Below are positions 24,755 through 37,698 of a stretch of DNA of 64,000 bases, piece by piece. The DNA comes from Podarcis gaigeae (taxonomy: Eukaryota). The stretch lies in NCBI GenBank assembly GCA_964106915.2, contig OZ066923.1; one strand, written 5' to 3'. Made by a program: the position numbers and the translations under genes. The notes under the pieces are model-generated. The model was not told the origin of the DNA and did not search any database. It worked only from the letters and a program-made list of their open reading frames with translations. Within the stretch, counting starts at the first letter, position 1; every line of letters begins with the position of its first letter.

Positions 24755-25002
24755 AAGAGAGTTTGGAGTTTGGATTTGATACCCCGCTTTATCACTACCC
24801 TAAGGAGTCTCAAAGCAGCCAACAATCTTCTTTCCCTTCCTCTCCCACAATAAACACTCTGTGAGATGAGTGGGGCTGAGAGACTTCAGAGAAGTGTGAC
24901 TGGCCCAAGGTCACCCAGCAGCTGCATGTGGAGGAGCGGAGACGCGAACCCGGTTCCCCAGATTACGAGATTACCGCTCTTAACCACTACACCACACTGG
25001 CT
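24755..25002 (-). mobile_element. Squam3-type SINE
   Basis: Reverse complement of the 13638/54607 family. Confidence 0.85.
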
Positions 25003-26783
25003 CTTAGGAAGATTCCATCCTATGTTGCCGTATAAGGAGTAGCAGTGATGGGCAAAGATGCTAGTAAGATGTGACAGCAAGTGATACCCAAGTGAAGGCT
25101 TGCATATCCTGCTACAGATTCTGGGCTGAGCTCTGAAACTGAAAGCAAGAACTTGGGGTGATCCTTTCTGAGCTCTGGCTCAAATTCAGCATTCAAATAG
25201 GAATGGATGATGAAGAGCTGGTCAGTTCAGAGTGCTGGATTTATATGCTGGGGTTTCCCAGAAAAGATGAATCAGTCAAGGACTCCTTTACTGTAAATTA
25301 AAGCCTAGCTGAGTTCACTGTCCAGTTTTAGAATGACACTATAATTTTATTTTAACAGGAATTCTAAGCAATTTCCACATAATGCGAGGACAGCCATTCT
25401 TTTCTAGTTCTAAGATAAGGTCATAATTTGGTTGATACATGGCGATGACGATGATAGGGCAGAGGGCAGTGAAATGGCTTCAAGTGCTAACCATTGACCA
25501 AGGGAGAAGTATATACTATATTGGTGGTTGTTGCTGATATGCAGGGGTAGTGTGGATACTGCTAAGGAATGGCCGGGAGCACTTTGTGTGACCCAACAAT
25601 GTTTGCCCATGCCTGTGTATTGCTTGCACAATATTTCCTGAACTGAAGTATGCTATACTCTGCTGCCTTTCAGTGACCACCAATACAGGTCTGGAGCCCT
25701 CACCCCAGTGGTCAGTGCTCTGTATCAGTGACCATGCAGTGCACTCACTTCCCACCTTGTTCCCACTTCTGATATACTAATTGCATTCCACTCTTACATC
25801 TCAAACTGATACTTCCTAGTGATAAAGGATCCCCTCCCCCAATTTTGCTAGAGTAGAGAGGGTTGCAAAATCATTTCTGGCAAATGTTATTCTGATTGGA
25901 CTTAAATCAACATGCCTTGGGTTTTTTGTTTTGTTTTTTTTTGCTGTAAAAGAGGCTTTGATTTTGTTAGAAATTCCTTTCTTATCTTAGCAAATGCTTG
26001 TGGAATGGCATTCAAGCAGAACACATTGATAATTCTTTCAAGCTCTGAAAGTAGGTTTAAAGGAGAACATACACAGCTCACGTGTTTTCTTAAGTTTGAA
26101 AACTCACCCAAAATTTTTTAGGATGCGTTAGTTTAAAACACTGAGGCATATGCTGTGTGTATGATGTAGCTTCCTTTGTTTGTTCGCTTGATATAAGTAT
26201 GCTTTGCTTAATCTGTAAGGAGTCTTTCTATGTATTGCAATATTTAGTTCGCATAATGATTGAAATATATCAATGCCCAATGGGTAAATGTGTCATTTAG
26301 AAGCAGCTGCCAAGGTTTCTCCCCGCTGCTCCAATTAACACATTCAGTACACGCTTGCCAGTGAGTGGTCTGTGTGTATGGATTAAACCACTTTTCTGTT
26401 TGTTCAGGCTGCATTGTATGGTATCCAGAAATGATGTGTTCATTGTTCATTGTGCTGCAAACCAAATAAGAGAAGACAAGAGAGAAAAACCACATGACAT
26501 TTGAAGGTGTGCAGCTGCAAACAACAAGGTAGTAAATACTAGGTTGCAGAAAACCTCTTCTACTTTCAGAGGTGGTTCAGTCCATTGAGTAACGTTTATC
26601 TCCGCCCCTCTGTCCCCTCTTCAAATGATGGAGACACAGAATAGTGAAATTCTAGTGCTGGGATTCCTCTTGCTGTCAGGCAGATCTTTTGAACTTTGTT
26701 CTGTTTATTTATTAGAGCGTGTTTGACACGAAGAGCATACCTTTTCAGCTGATGGTTTTCTCTTTATAAATATTTGTTTTCAG

Positions 26784-27019
26784 ACTGAAATGGTCTCTTC
26801 GGTTCTTTCTGTTCAGGATCTGGCAAAGGTAGCGCAGCGAGTGTCCTTTATTGTCAGAGCTTAAACTGATTTTTGAATGGTGCCAAGCTGGCTGGTCAAA
26901 GGGGCCAGTTCTCCTGTATTTGCTGCTCATTCATGCTCAGGCTGCTTTTTGTGAAGTGCGGCTGTTGGCCAGAACCAACAAAGGGCACACAGACCTGATA
27001 TTGTGGGCTGCTGAATGAG
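26784..27019 (+). promoter_or_regulatory. Putative 5'UTR of the 27020 exon, with candidate acceptor and uORFs
   Basis: Pyrimidine-rich tract ending TTGTTTTCAG (26783). Repeat-free sequence. Upstream ATGs, including an out-of-frame overlapping uORF at 27015-27053. Confidence 0.4.
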
Positions 27020-27152
27020 ATGGAGCGTTTCTTGGGCTTTGTCAAGCAGATAAGAAGATCGAGGAGAAGAAAAGGCAAAAAGTACCGGCCAGAGGAGGAT
27101 TATCATGAGGGTTATGAGGATGTCTATTATTACGCCTCGGAACACTTTCCAA
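27020..27152 (+). CDS. GRIP1: Alternative first coding exon, probably glutamate receptor-interacting protein 1
   Basis: Strong Kozak GAGATGG; 44 codons MERFLGFVKQIRRSRRRKGKKYRPEEDYHEGYEDVYYYASEHFP plus 1 nt, then donor GTAAGC at 27153. The phase-1 end fits joining to the GRIP1 exon starting (A)AT-ESPYTKS. Identity is recalled from non-mammalian GRIP1 isoforms, not searched. Confidence 0.7.
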
Positions 27153-30028
27153 GTAAGCACTGTATAAATGTGTTTTCTGTTGCTGTTACAAATGTCCACT
27201 ATTGCATTTAGGCATGAAATGCTAATGCAGACCAGAATACTACTGTATTTCACACAGGTATTAAAGCATTTCAGAAACACTGTTGATTTCTGCATAGATG
27301 TACCGGCAGATTTTAATTTTTTTTAAAAAAGCTCTTATGATCTTGTAGGATGAAAGAAAGGCAGGGTTCAAAGCCATGGTTAATATTTCAGGTGCAGTTA
27401 ATTGATTTCTGTTGTTGCAAGCCTTTTATTAAAGCACTTTAAGCTGTAAACTGATATTGCAGACCTTTTCTAATAGTGCACGTGTACAGTATGTCTGCAT
27501 CTCTCTCTCTTTCTCTTTTGATGTGTGTGTATTTTCAATATATATTATGTGTGTGTCTGCGCGCACACACACACATACACACCCCAGCAATTTTAAAGAA
27601 CCATTTATGGTAGTTGCACTCATACATAAATTTAGAAGTTGAAGTTAAACATAAAGGTTGTTGAATGCAAGTCAGCCCTTTGTAGATACGTTTTTGCTTC
27701 GTTCTTTCTAGGAGAAAGTAGCTCAAGTTTATTTTCTCTGGTGCTGGTTGAAAAATTAACTAATTATGTTGTCAGTGTATTCTGTCGCCAAGTATTCTGC
27801 AGCTGCAGTTTATAACAAGGCAACAAAATCATGCTTAGGATCTGTGCAAAATTGTATTTGAAAAATGTAATGTGCTCAAAATATTCTCTGTACCTGTAAG
27901 CTCTCTGAGTTCATGCTTTGTCTTGTACCTATCCCAAAGGATTGGAGATGCCCAGAAGTGCCTGAGGGAACAATGGTTTGGGGAGCTACATGTAGGCATT
28001 GCTGAGTCTATTATGCCATGCTTTAAGCTGAAGGTGTTGACAATATAAGCAGCCAGGCACAAACAGATGTATAACATGGTGCTATTAATTTAAAATATTT
28101 GCAGCAAATAGTTTCCTGTCTACTGCATCCTGAGCATTTATCATTTAAAAAGGCACAACAATTATATTTTAATTTAAACAACTGTGTGTTTTAAGTAGAG
28201 TGGCTATAATCTAATGCATAGTGTGCTGTAGCATATCTCCCTTTCCTTGGAGGAAAAAAAAAGTTAAATTGCAATTTTGGAAATGTACATGGCTGTGCCA
28301 ATGAAAAATGATTTAACATCTAACCATTTCTCTTTCGCAGACATTTCTTTTGTAGAATATTTATTGTGCACTTTGTGGAGTGGAGTGGAGTTAACCATAT
28401 CTGCTAAAAACCCAAATGTAGACCTTAATTTTTACAACATGAGGATTAAGTAATTTGATCCTAATTTTGATTCTCTATGCCCAGCGTGCGCCTATATTTC
28501 AAGCAAGAATTTCATAGTAGCATCAGATACAAAACCTTAGTCAAACTAACCTGCATATTACTGTACAAAATGAACATGATTAAAATAGCAACTTTGGCAA
28601 CTTTGGTCCTTGTTCCACTTTCCAGACCATGCAACTAATCAAACAAGGTTTCCCCTTGAATAATGCACTTCAATAGAAATTAAAGGAAAGCAAAGGATAC
28701 AAATGGGTAAGACAAAATTCTGTGGAAAATGGCACTGAGCAAAGGTGTGAATAGAGTTGTCCTGTAAGGATGTCTCATTGTCCACCTAGAATGAAATGAT
28801 AGACTCTTCTCTGGATCTTCCAGCCTCCCAAGGTATATCAGATAGTAATTTCATTCTGGTGTTTTACAGCTGGTAGTGTTTAGTCTCTCAAAAATGTTGA
28901 ACTTGGAAAACACTTTTGCCATTTATCATAGATTATATTACTACCAGTAGAGTAGCTGCTTCACCTTCAGATATAATGATCATGTATGGTGTTGGGAATG
29001 CCTTCTGGTTTCAAAGTTGGAAGAAAAAGCTGCTTAATAAAGAAATGAAATTCCAACAGATAACCTATAAGCATCTGGTTATCAGTGGTTTGGGAGTTGT
29101 TGTACCAGTAGCATCTCTTATAATTTCTTTTTTCGCAATTTTTGTCTGATCTTGGAGTGCATGACTTGCTCTGTTCTAGTGACTAGAAAAGTGGAACACA
29201 TAGTAATTGCTGCAGAAGGGTGTCCTATGGAGTGTTGCTGTTTCTCAAACTTGAAAGTTGTCTGTATTATCATTAAGTGTGGTTACTTTGACCTCTTGGT
29301 AGCTATTGCTTTCTATATGTGAAGCAAACCATCTTTCGTCTTTTGTTGTTGTTGAATGGAAGTTCCAAAGTAATTTTTAAAAGTGGGGGAAGATTTTCAA
29401 AGAAACATAATAGCAATACACCTACATTCCTTTGTTATACTTAGTAAATTGGGTGCTTCTGTTCTGTTGGAAATATTTCTGTTAAATTCTTTGACCTTTC
29501 CCCCTATTCCCACCCCCCATCCTGTTGGGAGTTCTGCATAAAGGCACTTGTAGGAAAGTACAGCCATGTATATCTGAGTATGAAGTGTTAGGGCTTCATT
29601 AGAAGTAAACCCAGGAAGACACAACAGCACAGAAACAATAACTAGTAGAATGAATTGTCTTAGGCAAAAAGTGGCCATACATGTTTAATACCTCTGGGCA
29701 CGACTGCATATTGCGCCATGCAAGCATATAATTTGATATTGGATCCATGATGTAGCATCCGAAGAAACTAAGTTTAAATTATTCAAGGTATCTAACTTAA
29801 AGATGGCATTTCTAAACTAAAGATGAAAAATATTTTGAAGAGCTTGCAGTCATGAAGAAACTTGGAGAAGACATTTGCTGCTTCTGTTCCCACTCCAGTT
29901 AGCAGTAGGCTGAAGAGGAAGATGTGTTCTCAGCCCCTTTAACCTTGCTTTATGTCAAATTTACAGTAGCTGGGAGGAAGGAGGGGTACGCTTTCCTTTC
30001 ATTTGGAGCTCTAGAACAGGAACATGTG

Positions 30029-30509
30029 TCCGAGACGTGGGAGAAGAAACAACTGAGGAGGATTGGGAAAAGTTTAAGGACTATTTGAAAAAACACTATA
30101 AGCTGTATGAATGTTAAAAAAAAATGCACCTTTCAGGAAATTCTAGCTTCAGCAAATGTAAGTTATTGGAATGAAAATTAAGACACAAGAATTCAGAGGT
30201 AAAATAATGAAACAACTTTATTGTGTTTAATATAAAACGCACAAGAATTGAGTTACAGTATATTTGAAATCAGGGAACATGATAAAATGGAAGATACAAT
30301 AAGTTTTGAAATAAGTTAACAAATTGCTGATGCTTTATAAGACAGAGAACGCAGGGTTCGGAGGATGTGGGGAAGTCCTATAGGTTAGATGGAAAAAGAA
30401 TATGGAAATTTGTTATTTTTATCTCTCTTTCTTATAACCACTCTTTATTCTTTTTTCTGTATTTCTGTACTTTTAAAAAAGCAATAAAAAAATGTTTTTT
30501 TTAAAAAAA
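30029..30509 (+). mobile_element. 5'-truncated L1/Tx1-like LINE 3' end
   Basis: Perfect 17-bp TSD TAGAACAGGAACATGTG (30012-30028, 30510-30526); AATAAA at 30483-30488 and A-rich tail. Confidence 0.7.
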
Positions 30510-30526
30510 TAGAACAGGAACATGTG

Positions 30527-30622
30527 GCCCTCCTTATGTTGTTGGACTACAACTCCCAGAACCATTGCCCGTTGGCCATGTTGGCTGTTGAAGTCCAGCA
30601 ATAACTGGACAGCCACAGGTAC
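30527..30622. mobile_element. Palindromic hAT-like MITE (GGACTACAACTCCC family), interrupted by the L1-like insertion
   Basis: TGTTGTTGGACTACAACTCCC...AGTCCAGCAATAACTGG. Related copies at ~34935-35050 and ~57040-57150. Confidence 0.55.
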
Positions 30623-30905
30623 CCTAGAATACTCCACAGTGGGCCAAATGAATAATATATATATTACAGATAAGCTGCTTATTTTTCAGAACCCATAACC
30701 ACAGACATTGCAGCAGTGTCTTCGTAGGGATTTCATGATTGTGCCAGCATAATTTTCAGTATATGCATTAACAGTACAGTACTAACTTCTGGATAGTTAC
30801 TGCTGCTGTCTTAGCAAATGTATTGTGTGTTCTCCAATAGATATAAGAGAACACTGCAAGGAGAAAATTTTTAACACCTGAAATTACTATTAGTAGCTTT
30901 AAAAT

Positions 30906-30994
30906 CAAATTGCGAGAGGCAGTGGAAGACAGGAGTGCCTGGCATGCTCTGGTCCATGGAGTCGGACACGACTAAACGACTAAACAACAACAAA
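30906..30994 (+). mobile_element. Bov-B (RTE) LINE extreme 3' fragment
   Basis: GAGGCAGTGGAAGACAGGAGTGCCTGG...GACTAAACAACAAC; TSD AGCTTT(A/G)AAAT. Confidence 0.85.
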
Positions 30995-32199
30995 AGCTTT
31001 GAAATGTTAAGTTTGCAAAGGCACCCGTAACCGAGTTACATACTATTGATTCCTGTGCTCTGTGCAGATGCCATTTTATGACACTTTAAACCCTCACACA
31101 CTTGGCTTCTGCAAGTTTAGCAGTGACAACCACATGTTATAATCACTTCTCCCAAACTGTTCCTCAGTCCAGCTGTTGAAAAGCCGTTCCAAAGATAGAC
31201 TCAAAAATCTTGTGTGGCAGGAGATAAAAATGTGAATTATTTTATTAATAGTTTTGACAAAAATGAGCATTTGGGATGAGCAATTCATTTGAAAAAGACT
31301 GAATGAATATATAGATATATATAAGAGGCTGAGCAGGCTAGGCTAGTTACTATTTCTTCTTTTAATCTGTTGTCAAATTTGTATCCCATCCTTCCTCCAA
31401 GCTGGTTGCCCCATCTTAACCTTGCAACAATCCCATTGGAGAATAAGTCAAGCAAGGATGTGAATCAAGGTTTCCATAGCTGATGAGCCCAGCAGTGTTG
31501 TTTGTATTTTCAGTGAGAAAGGAACAGTTGGCTGAACCTGACACTTATTGATTGAGTAGCTGTAGATAATCATAGACTCAAAAAGTGGAATATATTTGCA
31601 AGCTATTTATTTTAGTTCCCTGCTGTAATGCAATTCAGAATCCTGTGCAACTGGGAATCAATGCTATCCAGCTTTGAATTATGGGAATCTAACAGGTAGG
31701 GCCATTTAATTCTGTTGGCACTCAAGATCCCAAAATGACTACCTCTGCAGAATGAAACAGGTAAGCAGAATCAGGGGAAGAGCAGGTAGGTGGCTGCCAG
31801 CAGGCATTCCTGTTACCTCTTACTTACTAATCAGGGATTGAAAACTATTTCCTATAAGGGGCCATTATAGGCCACTGTTGGGGGGGGGGGAGTCATTCTG
31901 TGGCATCAGCCAATGTTGCGGGGGGGGGGGGAGCAGAGCCAAATGTATGTGGAGGTTGTAGCATTGCAGGATTAAGTAGTTCTTTCTCTCTCTTTTGTGC
32001 TCTGTTCCTGCCTCTGTACTACCTCATCTATGTGGGCTGCATGAAATTAAGACAAGGGCTGCAGGTTCCCCACCCCACAAAAGAGTTTTGAACGAGAAGA
32101 GTGGGCAACCTGCCCAGCCATGTTATGCTTTGATGGCCTCCCTGTCTGAAATTAGCATTTGTCAAGGAAAACCTATAGTCTTATTGCTGTGATCCTGTG

Positions 32200-32565
32200 T
32201 ATGGTGCTGGAGGAGACTCTTGAGAGTCCCATGGACTGCAAGAAGATCAAACCTCTCCATTCTTAAGGAAATCAGCCCTGAGTGCTCACTGGAAGGACAG
32301 ATCCTGAAGTGGAGACTCCAATACTTTGGCCACCTCATAAGAAGAGAAGATTCCCTGGAAAACACCCTGATGCTTGGAAAGATGGAGGGCACAAGGAGAA
32401 GGGGACGACAGAGGACGAGATGGTTGGATGGTGTTCTCGAATCTACCAGCATGAGTTTGACCAAACTGCAGGAAGCAGTGGAAGACAGGAGTGCCTGGTA
32501 TGCTCTGGTCCATGGGGTCACGCAGAGTCGGACACGACTAAACGACTAAACAACAACAACAACAA
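32200..32565 (+). mobile_element. Bov-B LINE 3' fragment
   Basis: Encodes LRVPWTARRSNLSILKEISPECSLEG...; (CAA)n tail. Confidence 0.93.
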
Positions 32566-34400
32566 TATTTAGCTAGCTGCCCAGGCACCTGCACTGGTGC
32601 CTGCCCTGGTCTTTCCTCTATCCCCTACCCCACAGCCCAGTCTTGTGAGCAGCATTGGGCAGCTGAGTTACAGCTGCCATTCAAATTCCCCTAACATAAC
32701 CTTGCTCTACAACATTGAAGTACATTTAAATAGCAGCTAGACCCACCTGTTTGGAGCGCTGGCTGCCCTCCACTGCTGGGTAAACTCACCAGTTTCCAGT
32801 AATAAAGGCATAAGGTCAAAAAGGGTGGTGACTGATCAAGAGCAGCTAACCCCACCTTAAAACCCCTGAGCTTGAGCCCACATTCCCCTTTTGCCTGGTA
32901 TCCGCATACTGTGGCTTGACCCCACTGCTGCAGTCCACAGGAGAGAGAGAGTGAGTCACCTTTTTTCAAGCAATTTCCTATAGAAGTGTTCAGGCAGGTC
33001 ACCAAGAGACACTATTGCTCTAAATGACCTTTGTTCCTTGAAACTGGCCAACCAGGACACAATTATTTCCTTCAATTTTCAAAGAATGATTCGTTCAGGA
33101 CCAACTCCCACGACGAATCTACTGCGAGCACTTCAAAACACACACACATACACACACCAGTTTTATGTTGATTGGTGTACTTGCACCAATCAGAATTCAT
33201 TCAGGCAGGATTCTTTCAACTGATCACATACCCTCTGCAGTCTGTTCTGAGAGAAGCATTGCACTTCAGAGGCCGGGAGGGAAGCAGTAGGCAGGCAGGC
33301 GGTGTTGCTGTGGTTTCAGGCAGGGGCAGGGAACCATGACAAGATAGAAAAGGACTTCCTTTTCTGCAGTGCAGAGCAAAAAAGCTCACTCCACATCCCA
33401 TAACCTCTCTATGTCTATATCTTCCCAACCCTTTGTCTTGCTCCCCCCCCCCCACACACCTTCCACTCAGACCTTATTGTTTCTTGATCTCCCAGACCCT
33501 AGACTTCTTCTTTTCCCTCAGTGTTAATCATCTCTTCTGGTCCTTGCCGTATTTCTTTCTCCTCCATCCTTTAACCCCTGTGTTTCTTCAACCTCCCAAG
33601 CCCACAGTCTTGTGCTGGTGTCAAATTTGTGTTGCCTATTGTGACCTCTGGCTCTGCCCACTCCTAGTTTCACCTTCCCTTAGCTGCCCACCAGACCCAG
33701 GCGGCATCTGCAGCCACAGGATGGAGAAGGGGGCTCACCTGAGAGCATTTTGCCCCCTCAGCCCACTCAGATTTGGAACTGGCCCTGGCAAGTTACTCTC
33801 CTGCATGAACTCGTATATGATCACAGTGCATTAGCTTAAATTTAAAAGCAGTGTCTTAGATACTGAACACTATAATTGAGAAAACAAAGCAGACTGTGGG
33901 AGGGACATGGCACCATGCCAGCAACAGCTATCCTGGTTTTCTGAAACGCATTCCTGAGCATGCCAGTCTTCTCAACTTGCGTTGATGATAGTGTGATGTC
34001 GGGAGCCCAAGTGTTTTATAGAGCTTACAAAACAGTATCTATTAATAGTTAAAAGGCTGAATAGGCTTCTATACATGCCACTATATATGATGTGTCAAGG
34101 GTTTTAAGAACTAGAAATGTGTCATCTTTTGAACATTTTCAGTAGAGAAGCTTCTTTCTGAAGGATGATGACATTAAAGTAGCTGAGTTTGGCAAATGAA
34201 AGCTTAGAGGTATATTTCTGGTATGTCATTATTATACTGTCTGAACAGGACCCAAACTTGGATTATTTCTTCACTATTTAGGCAGGGTTTCAGTAGTCCA
34301 CCAGGACAGAGCTCCTGGGATATTGCAACATTCTTAAGGATGTTAAGAGAAGGAATTATCCAGAAAACTGGAGAAAAATAGCAGCGCTGCCACTCCCTAG

Positions 34401-34730
34401 GTAAAGGTAAAGGGACCCCTGACCATTAGGTTCAATCGTGACCGACTCTGGGATTGCGGCGCTCATCTCGCTTTATTGGCCAAGGGAGCGTACAGATTCT
34501 GGGTCATGTGGCCAGCATGACTAAGCCGCTTCTGGCAAACCAGAGCAGCGCACAGAAACGCCGTTTACCTTCCTGCTGGAAGGTAAACACTTTGACGTGC
34601 TTTTGAACTGCTAGGTTGGCAGGAGCAGGGAACGAGCAACAGGAACTCACCCCGTCACAGGGATTCGAACCACCAACCTTCTGATCAGCAAGTCCTAGTC
34701 TCTGTTATTTAACCTACAGAGCCACCCGCG
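34401..34730 (-). mobile_element. Sauria SINE
   Basis: Revcomp of the family; 13-bp TSD TGCCACTCCCTAG (34388-34400, 34731-34743). Confidence 0.92.
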
Positions 34731-34934
34731 TGCCACTCCCTAGTACTTTCCTTTTACTGTTTCCTGCTTTCTGTAGGATAGACATGAAGCAGTCAGTTGT
34801 GAACCATCTATGGTAGTGGGAAGGCTTTGCCCCAAAAAACTGTATTTAAGCAAGGGATGGCGAATTCCATGGAGTTTAACAAGACCCACATTAGTAGTGT
34901 AGGTTAGATTAAATCCAGAGTAAATAATATGGTT

Positions 34935-35050
34935 CTCTCCAAATGTTGATGGACTCCAGCTCCTGTCAAGCCCATCCCACATGGCCAGCGATCAGAGATA
35001 ATGGGAGTTGTAGTCCAGCAACACCTGGAGAGCACAACATTGCCTACCTC
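34935..35050. mobile_element. Palindromic hAT-like MITE
   Basis: CTCCAAATGTTGATGGACT ... AGTCCAGCAACACCTGGAG imperfect inverted arms. Confidence 0.5.
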
Positions 35051-36120
35051 TAGAAGAACTATTGGGTTTCTTACTAATAATTCTCATCTTGCATTTATGT
35101 TACTATATATTAGGTGTGATTGTATAATTTCATCTTCTTCACCTTAATCCTATTGGTTTGAAATGTTTTGTTACATTTTTAAAAAAAATATGATGGTGTA
35201 TTTTGATATTTATTTGATATCTAGGCTGTCCACCATGGAAGAGTGGCATATAAATAAACTAAACATTGGCTAGTACTGCTAAAGCTCTGTTAACCTAGGA
35301 TATCTCTTGGTATAACTTCACTTTACCTATCCTGCTCTTTTCTTGTCTGTTGAATATCTGGATTGATCAATGAATGTTGGAACTGCATTAAATGTGAACA
35401 GGATAGCTCCTGATGCTGTGGCTCTTCATTTGTACAGCACTTCAATGTGGACAGCGCCTCATTGTTTTCTGACAACAATCTTATTGATGGGGAGTGCATA
35501 ATTAATGGTGAATCTGCAAAGATCAATACATGCCTTTTTGTTGTGAGTTACTTGTGTTTAAAAGTACAAGACCCTGCACCAAATCTCCAGGTTGGCTTTT
35601 CCACAAGGCAGAGTGAGGCAGCCATCTCAGGTAGCAGATTTTGGGTGTCGTGAAAGGGCAGCAAGTAGTTAGTTATTCGTTTATAATTATTGTAGTTTTC
35701 CTGTGAGGTAGGGGAAGAGGTGCTTGTAGGACTTTCTGCCTCAGATGTCAAAATAACTTAGCTGGCCTTGGGTATTATGTATCTTGACTTGTGGGAGGGT
35801 GCACCATTTGCAGTTCTTCCTTGGGCAGAAAAATGACTTGACCTAGTCCTGCCAGATTTATTTTTAAACACACATCCTCTCCATAATGAAACACGGTGCT
35901 TCTCATGCCTCCCACTACTATTGCAAATGGCCTCTAATGCTGCTTTCATACGACCTGTTTCAGCATGAACTTCCTCACAGATGAAAAGATGGGCTGCCTG
36001 GTGCTGCCTGGACCATGCAGAGATTGACGTTACCAGGATGTATCTGCGCATATTTGGTTATGCATGTCTTTATCAGGTCATCATGTTCGCTTCTGGCATT
36101 CCTCAGTAGGATCTGAGGTT

Positions 36121-36576
36121 GTTGTTGTTTAGTCATTTAGTCATATCCGACTCTTCATGACCCCATGGACCAGAGCACACCAGGCACTCCTGTCTTCCAC
36201 TGCCTCCCTCAGTTTGGTCAAACACATGCTGGTAGCTTTGAGAACACTGTCCAACCATCTCGTCCTCTGTTGTCCCCTTCTCCTTGTGCCCTCAATCTTT
36301 CCAAGCATCAGGGTCTTTTCCAGGGAGTCCTCTCTTCTCATGAGGTGGCCATAGTACTGGAGCCTCAGCTTCAGGATCTGTCCTTCCAGTGAGCACTCAG
36401 GGCTGATTTCCTGAAGAATGGATAGGTTTGATCTTCTTGATCAGTCCATGGGACTCTCAAGAGTCTCCTCCAGCACCATAATTCAAAAGCATCAATTCTT
36501 CAGCGATCAGCCTTCTTTATGGTCCAGCTCTCACTTCCATACATCTCTACTCGAAAAACCATAGCTTTAACTATAC
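36121..36576 (-). mobile_element. Bov-B LINE 3' fragment
   Basis: (GTT)n tail and RT C-terminal homology; 12-bp TSD GGATCTGAGGTT (36109-36120, 36577-36588). Confidence 0.93.
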
Positions 36577-37544
36577 GGATCTGAGGTTAGGCACCTGTAA
36601 AATGTGGTTTTGAAGTGTTGCATCTCAGTTTCCCATATGCAATCCTATATATATAAAACCAGTAATATGCCCAGAAAGTGCTAGTCGTGTGATAGTGACC
36701 CGAGGAAAGTATTCAAGGAGTTGTAGGGGCCAAAACTAAGCCTACAGGAGAGGGTCACACGGTCTTTTTGCCCCTGAGGGCTACGTGAAATGAAGGTACG
36801 TCATCAGTCATTGAGATAAATGCCAGTAGATCTGACAGGGCCTGGGCTGACGGGTGGAGTAGAAGCCATTCACATCCACAGGCAGAATGTGCAAGGTAGG
36901 AATGACTATGCATCACTCTAACTTTTAGGTCACCAAACAGTTGTTGGGGGTGGCTGAAAGGAGCACAATTTACATGGGGCAGATAGTTGTGAGCTTAAAG
37001 GAACGGGAATTTATCGGGAAGGCAGCAAAAGGAATTGGTGGAGGGGCGTAGCTTGGGCACCTGTGTGAATGCATTGAAGGCTTCCCAGGACCACATGCAG
37101 TCCAGAGGGTCTAGGATTTTATGTGTGGATATAATGGGACAAAGGGAAAGGTCTCAGTCTAAGATTATGACTTAGGCTGAAATTTTAGCTCCCACCCCTT
37201 ACAGTAGAGTGGTGGAGCCCCTACTGCATTGACATCATGGCTGCTCAAGGTAGCTGTTGTGGAAGGTGTGGGGCTGGACCATCAAACTTTGTCATTGAAC
37301 TAGGTCCAGGCTGGCACAGAATTTGGGTCCAGATTGGGGATGCTGATGACATTACCTGATGGCAGTGATACTGGCTCAGGACACAACAGATCACAAACCA
37401 GTTCACCTTTTGGGGCTTTCCACCAGGCTCTGCTGGCAGGTATATTGCTACTGGGCTTCTACTCACCACAACTTTCAGCAGAGCTTAGAGGAAGGAGACC
37501 TTTTATCAACCCACACATCCCCGCCCAGAAGGGTTTTTGGATTG

Positions 37545-37698
37545 NNNNNNNNNNNNNNNNNNNNNNNNNNNNNNNNNNNNNNNNNNNNNNNNNNNNNNNN
37601 NNNNNNNNNNNNNNNNNNNNNNNNNNNNNNNNNNNNNNNNNNNNNNNNNNNNNNNNNNNNNNNNNNNNNNNNNNNNNNNNNNNNNNNNNNNNNNNNNN
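37545..37698. other. Assembly gap (N run)
   Basis: Run of N. Confidence 1.
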
